IMG/VR virus record: IMGVR_UViG_3300014204_000107
Location: 235,352-299,351 of that record
Source: a virus
Lineage: Duplodnaviria; Heunggongvirae; Uroviricota; Caudoviricetes
Strand: one strand, 5' to 3'
Length of the DNA: 64,000 nucleotides
The first letter of the stretch is position 1, and each line of letters opens with the position of its first letter. The translations under genes and the position numbers were made by a program. Below are positions 20,855 through 30,740 of this stretch, piece after piece. The notes under the pieces were generated by a model. The model did no database searches and was not told the DNA's origin. It was given only the letters and a program-made list of their open reading frames with translations.

Positions 20855-21154
20855 ATGGATAGGTACAAAGCAACAAAAATTGAAACGAACGATGATAATA
20901 ATAGAGTATATGCAACAACCATTTATTCTGCTATTAAAATGACGGAAAATGATAAATATATCATATCAAAGTTGGGTGATAGGTTTGATTTGTATGCAAA
21001 AAAATATTATGATGGGCAAATATCTATGTGGCCAATTATAGCACACGCAAACCAATTGGGAAAAGGAACATTAATGGTTCCACCGGGAGTACAAATTAGA
21101 ATACCAATATTGCCAAGTTTTGACTTTCATTTAGAAGATTTACAAAACATTTAA
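20855..21154 (+). CDS. LysM / gp53-like baseplate wedge protein
   Basis: GDRFDLYAKKYY...MWPIIAHAN...PPGVQIRIP. Confidence 0.8.
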   Translation: MDRYKATKIETNDDNNRVYATTIYSAIKMTENDKYIISKLGDRFDLYAKKYYDGQISMWPIIAHANQLGKGTLMVPPGVQIRIPILPSFDFHLEDLQNI

Positions 21155-21171
21155 AATAAAGAGGTTACAAT

Positions 21172-24168
21172 ATGTCATTTTTAGTTACACAAGCATATCC
21201 CTGGCTTTTTAAGGTTATTGAGCACCGGGAAGAAAATGTGGCAAGTGCAGTGGGAGGAAACTGGTTTAATCAGCGGGCACCATGGATAAGAATAATGTCT
21301 TATGCAATACCATATACAAAGGTTAATGATAAATTAAGTGAAAACTTCACACCAGCACCAACCACGCAAAACTTATTTGAAAATGCATCGTTCAATAAGA
21401 CTGCTAATGAGTTTACATATGACGATGATGAATTAAGAAAAAAATGGGTTTTATATGGTGGCGTAACAGATGACCCTGAAAAAGCAGTACCAAAAAATGA
21501 AAATAGAAAAAAGTTTTTACAAATATATGATAAAACATTTAGGCCAATGCCTAATGTTACATCATTAGAAGTAACAAATAAAGGTTCCTGGGGTGCAGTA
21601 AGGGAAGCAACAATTAAATATACTGTTTGGTCATTAGAGCAATTAAATGCAATTGAAAAATTATATATGACGTTGGGAATCCATTGTGCTGTTGAATGGG
21701 GGTGGTCAATAGGGCTGAATCCAGATGGTGGATTATTAGATGTTATTCCTCCTAACGATTTATATAATTTTAATGGCGACCCATATGATTTTTTTAGAGA
21801 AACTTTGCCTAAATTAAGGGAAAATAATAATGGATGTTATGATGGAATGCTTGGTATAATTACGAATTTTGAATGGTCATTAAATGATGCTGGCGGATTT
21901 GAGTGTTCAACTACTGTTGCGTCAATGGGTTCTACCATATTGGCAGCAGATGTTAAAAGTAAAAGCAAAATGGTGCAATGTAAAGAAGAAACCACGGATG
22001 AAAATAAATCAACTAAAAACTTTGGTCTTTCAACTAATATTGATTCTACATTATTAGCAGTCAATGATGCGATTGATTCGGTTGGCAGTGGCGAGGCGTG
22101 GGACGGAAAAATAAATAACACCGAAGGTAGAGTTACTGCCGCATGGGTTAAAGAAAATGGATATCCAGGTGTTAAATTATTGCTAGATACAAGTAGTGAT
22201 GCAAACCCGCAATTAAATACTGATACTGAAAAAAGATTTGTTACTTGGGGATATATTGAAGATCATTTAATAACTGGCAATTTAACTTATTATAAAGACT
22301 GTAATATAATTGGTGACAAAAAATTATTTACTATAAATTCGGGCAATAATACAATATATAATCATGCCGAATTAAAATCAGCAAACCCATTAATATGCAT
22401 ACTACCAGGACAATTTAATCCAGGTAGCACTACCACCGTAAGAAAAATATTAACACTTGGAACAGATAGAACTTATAAGGATATATCAAATAATATAAGA
22501 AAATTTGCATATCCTGCGGTAGTTAAAGATATAAATCTTGGTAAGGATGCTAATGACCGATTGGCAATTGCAAGATTTAATGCTAATGCAAAAGTATATG
22601 CACAATGCCAAAGAGGTTATATTAGAAATATATTAGTTGAAACAGCATACATAAAAAATACCTTTGATGAATCAAGCACCCTGGAAGAGTTTATAATTAA
22701 CATGCTTAAAGGTATATCAGAAGCATGCGGAGGCATATGGGATTTTAGTATAATGGTTAATGAAGATACCGGCAATGTAGTTGAAATTATAGACCAGTCA
22801 GAAAAAAGTTCAGAAACAAAGATAGAGCCCGTTATGTTTCATGGATACTATGAATTTGGATTATTGAAAACAGTTAGTTTAAGCACACAGTTAGATGCTA
22901 ATATGAAAGGTATGATTATGTACGGTACCAATCGCCAACAAGATAATCCAATAGATGTGCACAAAGATGGCACATCTGCATATAGTGAGTTTTTCGGACA
23001 ATCAATAAAAGATAAATTATATAAATCAGGCCTATGTCCTGAAACTCGTAAATCTGATGACACAAAGGAAGAATGCCCGGATGCAAAGATTGTAGCAACT
23101 AAGCAAGAATTTGATACAAAATTAATAGAAGACTTGCAAAATGCATTTAAAGAATTACAAAGTAAGGTAACCCAGTCAAGAATAAATACTGCACAAAATG
23201 CATTAAATCAATATTTAATTGGAACTCGATATCCAAGAGCCACTACTGGTGCAAATAATGTAAAATATTTAACATTGCCAATAAAGCTTAAATTAACAAT
23301 TGATGGTATATCAGGATTTCAATTTGGGCAAGTAGTAGATTTAGATTATAAACCAGCCAGATATAGCGATAGAGCAGTATTTATGATTACAAATGTGACG
23401 CATAGAATAACACGCGATGGATGGGAAACTGAATTAGATACTATTTTACGCCCATTTATTGATACGCGTGCTGCTGCATTAGGTGGTACTGGTGTAGTAG
23501 GCGGAGTGCCAACTAATCCGGTGACGCAACTTGATACAAGATTCAGCACCCCATCAGGCGCAGATAGAATATCTGGTTATCTTAAAAGATTTCCACCGAA
23601 GAAACGTAAAGTTTTAAAAGGAATCCATGCAGGTGAGTTCGTTGATAACGGTAAATTGCCATTAGATAATGCGGTTATACGTGCAATTGATACAACTCAT
23701 ATTAATTTAACATCACCAGCAAAAAAACAATATTTAGAACTTACTGCTGCAGCCAAATTTGAAGAAATGGCAAAAGCATATTCTGATCAACACAACGGTA
23801 AAAAATTGCTTGTTAATAACACTTATAGAACATATGAAGATGGGGCATACTTATACCAAGACTATACTGAAAAGGGCAAAACAGTAGCATCTCCGGGTAG
23901 AAGTAACCATGGTTTTGGTACGGGAATTGATTTAAATTATGGTGTTACTGCTAATAAAGTTGGATTAACACAAAAAACATTAATGCAGCAATCACCAATG
24001 TATTCTTGGCTTGTAAATAATGCAAGTAGATACGGGTGGAAGCAAGAAAAGTTTGCATATGAACCAAAACCAGGCAAACCAACTGATATGGTGCATTGGG
24101 ATTATGCTGGTATTGATACCGTTTATCATAATACTGCAGGGAAGATGAGCCCAGAAAATACAGTATAA
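21172..24168 (+). CDS. Baseplate hub protein with C-terminal M15 (VanY/Ply500-like) peptidoglycan peptidase
   Basis: Hub-like N-terminus (EWGWS, NFEWSLNDAGGFECST, LTIDGISG); C-terminal YRTY...PGRSNHGFGTGIDL...WL.NNA.RYGW...DMVHWDY. Confidence 0.8.
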   Translation: MSFLVTQAYPWLFKVIEHREENVASAVGGNWFNQRAPWIRIMSYAIPYTKVNDKLSENFTPAPTTQNLFENASFNKTANEFTYDDDELRKKWVLYGGVTDDPEKAVPKNENRKKFLQIYDKTFRPMPNVTSLEVTNKGSWGAVREATIKYTVWSLEQLNAIEKLYMTLGIHCAVEWGWSIGLNPDGGLLDVIPPNDLYNFNGDPYDFFRETLPKLRENNNGCYDGMLGIITNFEWSLNDAGGFECSTTVASMGSTILAADVKSKSKMVQCKEETTDENKSTKNFGLSTNIDSTLLAVNDAIDSVGSGEAWDGKINNTEGRVTAAWVKENGYPGVKLLLDTSSDANPQLNTDTEKRFVTWGYIEDHLITGNLTYYKDCNIIGDKKLFTINSGNNTIYNHAELKSANPLICILPGQFNPGSTTTVRKILTLGTDRTYKDISNNIRKFAYPAVVKDINLGKDANDRLAIARFNANAKVYAQCQRGYIRNILVETAYIKNTFDESSTLEEFIINMLKGISEACGGIWDFSIMVNEDTGNVVEIIDQSEKSSETKIEPVMFHGYYEFGLLKTVSLSTQLDANMKGMIMYGTNRQQDNPIDVHKDGTSAYSEFFGQSIKDKLYKSGLCPETRKSDDTKEECPDAKIVATKQEFDTKLIEDLQNAFKELQSKVTQSRINTAQNALNQYLIGTRYPRATTGANNVKYLTLPIKLKLTIDGISGFQFGQVVDLDYKPARYSDRAVFMITNVTHRITRDGWETELDTILRPFIDTRAAALGGTGVVGGVPTNPVTQLDTRFSTPSGADRISGYLKRFPPKKRKVLKGIHAGEFVDNGKLPLDNAVIRAIDTTHINLTSPAKKQYLELTAAAKFEEMAKAYSDQHNGKKLLVNNTYRTYEDGAYLYQDYTEKGKTVASPGRSNHGFGTGIDLNYGVTANKVGLTQKTLMQQSPMYSWLVNNASRYGWKQEKFAYEPKPGKPTDMVHWDYAGIDTVYHNTAGKMSPENTV

Positions 24169-24226
24169 GCATATTTTTAACTTATTAATACAATTATGAA
24201 ATTATCAAATAAATACCATATATATA

Positions 24227-24715
24227 ATGAGATACACTCCTGATAAGATACAACAACTGCAAACTGATAGTATCAGTGATGCAATTGCTACGCAAGATGA
24301 TTCAGTATTACAACCTGATATTAGCGTTATATTTTATGATAACTTGACAGGCAATAAATTTATAACAGTACCCTTGCCCAAAAGAGATAAAATATCACCA
24401 ACAAGCAAGGACTATACTGCAGGCATTTTAAAGCGCTATTTTATTCAAAGAAAGAACGATATGGTTATAATTGAAGTAGGCAAAAAGCAATTTGAATACT
24501 ACACAGATGCATTTTTACTTACGGTTTATCGAAAATTAGATTTAGATTGGAAGATAATTGGGCCGCGAAATGACGTGGTTGATATTATGGGAAAAATTCT
24601 TGTATATGGCATAGAAGACACCAATTTGAGAACATTAAAACTTAAAGAAAAAGAAATGCGTGGTATAACGCAAACGTTACAAAATTTATCAGAATTCGCA
24701 ATAATTACAGAATGA
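24227..24715 (+). CDS. Hypothetical phage protein (baseplate region)
   Basis: PTSKDY.AG..KRYF and LDWKIIG segments; ATATATAT box immediately before the ATG. Confidence 0.65.
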   Translation: MRYTPDKIQQLQTDSISDAIATQDDSVLQPDISVIFYDNLTGNKFITVPLPKRDKISPTSKDYTAGILKRYFIQRKNDMVIIEVGKKQFEYYTDAFLLTVYRKLDLDWKIIGPRNDVVDIMGKILVYGIEDTNLRTLKLKEKEMRGITQTLQNLSEFAIITE

Positions 24716-26064
24716 TAATTGATACAATAGTTCAATTTGAAGCATTTAAGAATGAAATAATTGGTAAAGATGTGATTGTTCTCCAAGTATTGGACGATTC
24801 AAACTTACACCCTTGCACAGCAGACCTATCTATGCTATATATATTTAATGTACAAACAGGCCATGAATATAGCATATTATTTAATCATTCCGAAAAAATA
24901 ATTGATATTAGCAAAGAAGATGTTATTATAGCATTAAATAGTGCAAATATTAAATTTTCTATTAATAAAAAATATTTGTTACATTCTTTATATATAGATA
25001 ATGTATATGATTTGCTTTTATTATATTATTTGAGATCTCACAAGCTCTTTGATATGATCGACGAGAATGACATGATAATATATAACTTCTACTCCCGTAA
25101 ATTTTCGAGTGTACGGGGACGTAATAGAGTCATACCGGCTGTCAAGCATATTGAATATTGTAGGAAAATTAAAAACTCATGTATGTCTATCCTAAACATA
25201 ATAGACACAGATGATATTAATAGTTGTTATGAATATTATAATAATAGCGTTCTTAATGCATATTATAACATAGAAAAGAATGGTTTATTTATTGATACTT
25301 TTATACTAAATGCGGAAACAATAGATGATAAAGTATTTAGTGAATATAACTTATATACATCAACAGGAAGGCCATCAAATAGGTTTGGTGGTGTCAATTT
25401 TAGTGCACTAAATAAAAAAGATACTACAAGAGAAGCATTTATTAGTAGATTTAAAGATGATGGACTATTAATTGAATTTGATTTTGGAGGATACCATTTA
25501 GCATTAATTAATGATTTGATAGGGTATGACGTGCACAATGAAAATATGCATGAACATTTGGGTAAACAATATCTATCGGCAAACATTATAACTGAATATA
25601 ACCACGAAATAGTAAAATCTATGAACTTTCAATACTTATATGGTGGGGCACCCAAGGAAGTGTATGATAAGATTGAATACTTTAGATTGATTAAAGATTT
25701 TATTGATAGTATATGGGAGCGTGGCAAATATACATCAAAAATATCAGGTAGAGAAGTTAGAAGTGCGTTTATTGATAATGTAAATCCACATAAATTATTT
25801 AATTATGTATTGCAATTAACGGAAACAGAAAGCAATATTAGTAAAATAAATGAAATTAATGCATTTTTACAAGGATATAATTCAAAATTAATATTATATA
25901 CATATGATAGCTTTTTAATTGATTTTAGCAAGTCGGATGGTGCAAAGGTATTAAATGAAATATACAGAATATTAACAGATAACAAATATATTGTCAATGT
26001 CAAAGCAGGAAGGAATTATAAAGATATGGTAGACATTACAAATAAATTTAAAGGAGTTGCATAA
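24712..26064 (+). CDS. Divergent family-A DNA polymerase
   Basis: YNLYTSTGRPSN, motif A LIEFDFGGYH, motif B KSMNFQYLYG, FNYVLQ, motif C LYTYDSFLID, KAGRNY. Confidence 0.8.
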   Translation: MIIDTIVQFEAFKNEIIGKDVIVLQVLDDSNLHPCTADLSMLYIFNVQTGHEYSILFNHSEKIIDISKEDVIIALNSANIKFSINKKYLLHSLYIDNVYDLLLLYYLRSHKLFDMIDENDMIIYNFYSRKFSSVRGRNRVIPAVKHIEYCRKIKNSCMSILNIIDTDDINSCYEYYNNSVLNAYYNIEKNGLFIDTFILNAETIDDKVFSEYNLYTSTGRPSNRFGGVNFSALNKKDTTREAFISRFKDDGLLIEFDFGGYHLALINDLIGYDVHNENMHEHLGKQYLSANIITEYNHEIVKSMNFQYLYGGAPKEVYDKIEYFRLIKDFIDSIWERGKYTSKISGREVRSAFIDNVNPHKLFNYVLQLTETESNISKINEINAFLQGYNSKLILYTYDSFLIDFSKSDGAKVLNEIYRILTDNKYIVNVKAGRNYKDMVDITNKFKGVA

Positions 26065-28010
26065 TGCAAACATTAATAGAGAGAATATTGTCAGAATTGT
26101 CAATGGAATTTGGTATAGTTGATTTTACTAAAGAAGAACAATTACAATTAATGCATAAAATACTTATTAAAAATGGCATACCACTAACAGAGGCATCAAA
26201 TATTACTAATTATTTTCGCATAAGTGCAGAAGATAGACAATTATTAAAAGAAAAGAAAGTAAAAGAACCAAAACCCAAAAGAAATACTGTTGAACAAGCA
26301 GTATCTATGATAGGGCAAGAATATGGGATACAAACGGGTGCAAAATCATTATATATTGGTAAAAATTATGATATTAATGCATTAATTGATAAATTAAATA
26401 CAAATGATTCATTAAAATCAATACTCAATTATGAACACGCAAAAGAATTAACTCCTGATCAACCGGGAGCTATGACATCGTCAATGAATACATTGGCATT
26501 ATATAATGCGGAAGGTAATATTATTTATAAATTTAAATTGACAACAATATTTTCTGCTACGGGCGGTGAAGGAGAAGAAGGTACTGGAGAAATACCATCA
26601 GATTTATATGAATTAGGAATCGCAGTTGCATATAATATGTTAATGGGTGCAGATAAAGAAACTGCATTAATAGATGCAGGAATAACTAAAAAGATAGCAT
26701 TAAAAAAGTTTAATTCATTTGAGCAAGATATATTACCAATCGGACAAAAAATTGCCTCTAAAATAAAGGCTGACAATATAATGGAATGGACGGGTGGGAA
26801 ATCATCATTTGATACTTCCCCACTTTGGCCGTCTGACAATAAAACGCCAAAAACAGATTTATATTCTGGTGCGGAAAATAGAATTTCTCTTAAAAAAATG
26901 GGTGGGTCACAACTTATGAGTGGCGGAAAGGGGGACACTGCCGGTGTATTCAAAGCAGCATTAAAATATTATGATGTCCATGACGGCGCAAGAAGAAGAA
27001 CATTAATATCAGAATTTATTAAAGACGTAGAGAACAAATTTAAATATTATAATACTATCTCCGGTAGCACGGTTATTAAACAAAATTTAGTAAATCAATG
27101 GACGGAAAAACGCATTAATGAAATATTAGATGAATTAACTACCAAAGAAATAAGAGGAACGGGTATTAATACGGAAAAACAACGAATAGAACGTGCTAGA
27201 CAACATGCAATAGCCGAATTGATACAAGCAAATTTATCAGATTTTCATTCAAACTACAAATCTTGGTTTATTAATGGAATAGAAGATAAATCAATCTCCG
27301 CAGCAAAATGGTTTAAAGAAGAATTTTTAGCAACAGTTAAAAACTCAGACATTGTCGCAGGCATGATAAACACTGCCGTTGACCATAGAGAATTAACTAC
27401 TAAATTAGATACTATATTTAAAAAAGACCCCGAATTTAAAAAATGGATTATTTATGAGGCTGCAACAGGATGTTATAAATTTACTGGTGATGTGCAAGAT
27501 ACAATACTAATGCCAGTTGCAAATAAAATATTATCATTTAGTATTGATGGTGATGCAAAGATGATTCCCATTACCGTCCAATGGGCCAAACAATTATCTG
27601 ATACTGTGGTAACTAATGTTGGATATAAGACATCAAATGGCAGAACTGAATCTAGTTTTAGAATACTGGTTAAAGATAAAATTAAAAATGAAAACATTGC
27701 ACCAATAGATGAACAACCATTTGAATTTGAAATAGCAATAACTGAAATTATTGCGGATTCAATGGATAGAACGATTAATATATTTGATGTTCTTAATACT
27801 GAGATTGATTTACTTGAAGAAGGAAGTTGGAAGGATGGATTAAAAAATGCATGGAAGTCGATAGTTGACACCGTAGAACGCTTTTATAAAATTGTTATCA
27901 GTAAAATTATTCAAACATTATTTGAATACGCAGAAAAAGGTATTCAATATTTTGCAAATGCACTTGGTATAGAAATAGTTGGTGAAGGGTATGCCGACGT
28001 GGAATTTTAA
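26064..28010 (+). CDS. Large protein with a restriction-endonuclease-like core (putative)
   Basis: E...TPKTDL...RISLKK pattern resembles PD-(D/E)XK folds; several LxE motifs (LSE, LKE, LEE). Confidence 0.5.
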   Translation: MQTLIERILSELSMEFGIVDFTKEEQLQLMHKILIKNGIPLTEASNITNYFRISAEDRQLLKEKKVKEPKPKRNTVEQAVSMIGQEYGIQTGAKSLYIGKNYDINALIDKLNTNDSLKSILNYEHAKELTPDQPGAMTSSMNTLALYNAEGNIIYKFKLTTIFSATGGEGEEGTGEIPSDLYELGIAVAYNMLMGADKETALIDAGITKKIALKKFNSFEQDILPIGQKIASKIKADNIMEWTGGKSSFDTSPLWPSDNKTPKTDLYSGAENRISLKKMGGSQLMSGGKGDTAGVFKAALKYYDVHDGARRRTLISEFIKDVENKFKYYNTISGSTVIKQNLVNQWTEKRINEILDELTTKEIRGTGINTEKQRIERARQHAIAELIQANLSDFHSNYKSWFINGIEDKSISAAKWFKEEFLATVKNSDIVAGMINTAVDHRELTTKLDTIFKKDPEFKKWIIYEAATGCYKFTGDVQDTILMPVANKILSFSIDGDAKMIPITVQWAKQLSDTVVTNVGYKTSNGRTESSFRILVKDKIKNENIAPIDEQPFEFEIAITEIIADSMDRTINIFDVLNTEIDLLEEGSWKDGLKNAWKSIVDTVERFYKIVISKIIQTLFEYAEKGIQYFANALGIEIVGEGYADVEF

Positions 28011-28024
28011 TATAAGGAATTTGA

Positions 28025-28459
28025 ATGTTACAAAAACCAGAACAAAAGCAGTTATTAGCTACTTTTTCGTATAGGCATCAAATATTGCCAACATTAAAGA
28101 ATATACTTGAATATTATGTTCTTGCTAATGGATGTATTTATATATTTGATAACGAAGATAATAAGCGTGAAGTAATATTTACATATAATATCTACCATAG
28201 CCAGAACGATGGCATGTTACCGAATACTATTTTGGTGCATAGAAAGAAAGAATCTAATACATTATATACAATCAATGCTCTTAATGCATTAATTATGGAA
28301 ATAAATAATGGTGTATTGGACATAAATTATCAACTGAGTTGGAAAAATTATGAAAATATGCTTATAATCATAAGTTCTGATATATTACAGAGAATTAGGA
28401 TAAATTTAAGTGAAGTAATTAAGTTAAAATCTGTCAAAAGTTCACACTCGTCGAACTAA
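28025..28459 (+). CDS. Hypothetical phage protein upstream of SSB
   Basis: AAGGA SD; NTILVHRKKESNTLYTINALN; no function recognised. Confidence 0.7.
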   Translation: MLQKPEQKQLLATFSYRHQILPTLKNILEYYVLANGCIYIFDNEDNKREVIFTYNIYHSQNDGMLPNTILVHRKKESNTLYTINALNALIMEINNGVLDINYQLSWKNYENMLIIISSDILQRIRINLSEVIKLKSVKSSHSSN

Positions 28460-28484
28460 AAATTAAAAAAAGTTTCAAATTTTC

Positions 28485-28513
28485 TGATTTAATCGAAAAA
28501 TTATACTATTTAT
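28485..28513 (+). promoter_or_regulatory. Putative bipartite phage promoter (TGATTTAATCGA-N9-CTATTTAT)
   Basis: Near-identical arrangement at 38902-38931 and 49255-49284. Confidence 0.55.
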
Positions 28514-28520
28514 TTATAAC

Positions 28521-28560
28521 AATCACGACATGGTGTCCATCGAGACACGGCATGGTGATT
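28521..28560 (+). promoter_or_regulatory. Stem-loop in the 5' leader of the SSB gene
   Basis: AATCAC/GTGATT, CATG/CATG and GTGTC/GACAC nested stems; relatively GC-rich within an AT-rich spacer; no T-tract. Confidence 0.6.
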
Positions 28561-28597
28561 TATCTAAATTATTAACAAATTAAAAAAGGAAAACAAA

Positions 28598-29461
28598 ATG
28601 GGAATTAACTTAGACGCTGCAAAGCAAAAGTTGGATGACATGCAGAAAGCATCATCGGCAGGAAAACAAAACAAATTAATCTGGAAACCAAAACCAGGTA
28701 AGAATGTGATTAGAATTGTGCCGTATCAATTTAATAAAGATTGGCCGTTTATCGAACTTTATTTCCACTATGATATTGGAAAAAAGAAATCGATGATTAG
28801 TTTAAAATCATTTGGCGAAAATGACCCGATTGTAAACTTTGCAGAAAAGCTACAGTCGAACGGAAACAAGGAAGATTGGAAATTAGGTAAAAAACTTGAG
28901 CCTAAAATTAGAATTTTTGCACCGATTATTGTGCGTGGGGAAGAAGGAGAAGGTGTTAGATTTTGGGGATTTGGCAAGCAGATTTATAAAGAATTACTTG
29001 CTATTTTAAACGAAGAAGATTACGGTGATATTACTGATTTAAACAACGGTAAAGATGTTACTGTAACATTTACTACTGCAAAGGAAGCAGGAAATGATTT
29101 TGGTGAAATTAAAATTATGGTTAAGCCAAAAGATACCAAAGCAACTGAAGACAGGGACGTTGCGAATATGATCGTTAATGGGCAAACTAATATTGAGGAA
29201 GTTTTTCCACGCGTTGAATATGCTGAAATTAAAGCTGCGCTCGATGCATGGCTTAACGAAGGCACATCAGAGGACGAGGAAAACGTACCAGCTGCTAACT
29301 CAGTAACTGTAAATGATGACCTCCCTTTTGATAAAGATGTTGACGATACACCTACTAAAGCTACAAGAGCTGCAAAGAGTGCATCAACGGCAACATCTAA
29401 AACTGGCACAAATGCCAACATAGATGCAGACTTAGATGAATTATTTGGTGGTAAAAAGTAA
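28598..29461 (+). CDS. Single-stranded DNA-binding protein (T4 gp32-like)
   Basis: WKP..GKNVIRIVP, FHY, DPI, GVRFWGFGK.IY, DITD...GKD; acidic C-terminus DLDELF. Confidence 0.9.
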   Translation: MGINLDAAKQKLDDMQKASSAGKQNKLIWKPKPGKNVIRIVPYQFNKDWPFIELYFHYDIGKKKSMISLKSFGENDPIVNFAEKLQSNGNKEDWKLGKKLEPKIRIFAPIIVRGEEGEGVRFWGFGKQIYKELLAILNEEDYGDITDLNNGKDVTVTFTTAKEAGNDFGEIKIMVKPKDTKATEDRDVANMIVNGQTNIEEVFPRVEYAEIKAALDAWLNEGTSEDEENVPAANSVTVNDDLPFDKDVDDTPTKATRAAKSASTATSKTGTNANIDADLDELFGGKK

Positions 29462-29466
29462 TTAAT

Positions 29467-30675
29467 ATGGCAAAAACTACTAATGGTAAATCCGGCAAGG
29501 CTTCGAAAGAAGCCTTGCCTGTTTTAGAAAAAAAGAATAACAGTTTAGACATATTAGCTACTGTTCTTAAAAATGAACTAGAAAAGCAATTTAAGGGAGA
29601 AAATGTATCCTATTATTTAGATGGTTCAGAAGATACGCCAGCTGACGTATTAGATTGGATTTCTACTGGATCAACACTCTTAGATGTAGCAATATCAAAT
29701 AGAATAGACGGAGGACTACCTACTGGTCGTATAGTAGAATATACCGGACTTGAGGGGAGCGGAAAAAGTTTAGCTGCAGCACATGCAATTGCTAACACAC
29801 AAAAAAAAGGTGGTATTGGAATTTTAATAGACACAGAAAATTCTATTTCGAAAGAATATTTAACAGCAGTTGGTGTTGATTTAAATAAAATGTTATATGT
29901 TCAATTAGATACAGTTGAAGATATTTTTGATGCTATTGAAAAAGTAATATTAAAAGTCCGCACAGAATATCCAACTAAGCTTGTTACTATTGTTATTGAC
30001 TCTTTAAGTGCTGCGTCTTCAAAAGTAGAAATGGAAGCTGGGTATGAAAAAGAAGGTTATGGAACAGCAAAGGCAGCATTAATTAGTTTGGCAATGAGAA
30101 AATTAACTTTGGTTATTGCTAAATATCGTATTCTTCTTATTATTACTAACCAATTACGTTTTAAAGTTGGCCAAATGGTTGGGTTTGGTGGAGATCCATA
30201 CACAACTTCAGGTGGCAAAGCCGTGGCATTTCACTCAAGTGTGAGGGTAAGATTTAAACAAGTTGGTAAGATTAAGGGGGATGTAAATGGCATTGAAAGA
30301 ATAATTGGTGTTAATAGTATTGGTGAAGTAATAAAAAGTAGAGTTGGGCCACCACATGGTAAAGCAGAATTCAATATTTATTTTGCAAGTGGAATAGATG
30401 ACTATGGCGGATGGTTTGATACGTTGAAAAAACATAAAATAATTACAGGCGGTGCAGCAGGTAAATATGAATTAATTGATGAATCTACTGGCGAAGTAAT
30501 TGATATTAAATCAACAACTTTTACTCAGAATATGAGAGACAATGAAGTAACGCGTAATAAAATAAAAGCAATATTATGTAATAAATTTATTATGCCATAT
30601 TCAAATATTAATACTTTTGACTTAGATGCTGTTAAAGTAGCGGCACCAGAAGATGATGTTGCAGATGAATCATAA
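29467..30675 (+). CDS. uvsX: RecA/UvsX recombinase
   Basis: ISTGS..LD, GRIVEYTGLEGSGKS, IDTE, IDSL, NQLR, TSGGKAVAFHSSVR, KSRVGPP. Confidence 0.93.
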   Translation: MAKTTNGKSGKASKEALPVLEKKNNSLDILATVLKNELEKQFKGENVSYYLDGSEDTPADVLDWISTGSTLLDVAISNRIDGGLPTGRIVEYTGLEGSGKSLAAAHAIANTQKKGGIGILIDTENSISKEYLTAVGVDLNKMLYVQLDTVEDIFDAIEKVILKVRTEYPTKLVTIVIDSLSAASSKVEMEAGYEKEGYGTAKAALISLAMRKLTLVIAKYRILLIITNQLRFKVGQMVGFGGDPYTTSGGKAVAFHSSVRVRFKQVGKIKGDVNGIERIIGVNSIGEVIKSRVGPPHGKAEFNIYFASGIDDYGGWFDTLKKHKIITGGAAGKYELIDESTGEVIDIKSTTFTQNMRDNEVTRNKIKAILCNKFIMPYSNINTFDLDAVKVAAPEDDVADES

Positions 30676-30693
30676 TAATTAATAAATAAATGT

Positions 30694-30726
30694 AGAATCC
30701 CTTGCTATTATGTAGTAGGGGATTCT
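30694..30726 (+). terminator. Hairpin between uvsX and the nuclease gene (possible weak terminator)
   Basis: AGAATCCCTTGCTA/TAGTAGGGGATTCT stem; only an interrupted T-tract follows. Confidence 0.5.
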
Positions 30727-30740
30727 TATTCTTGGAAAGT

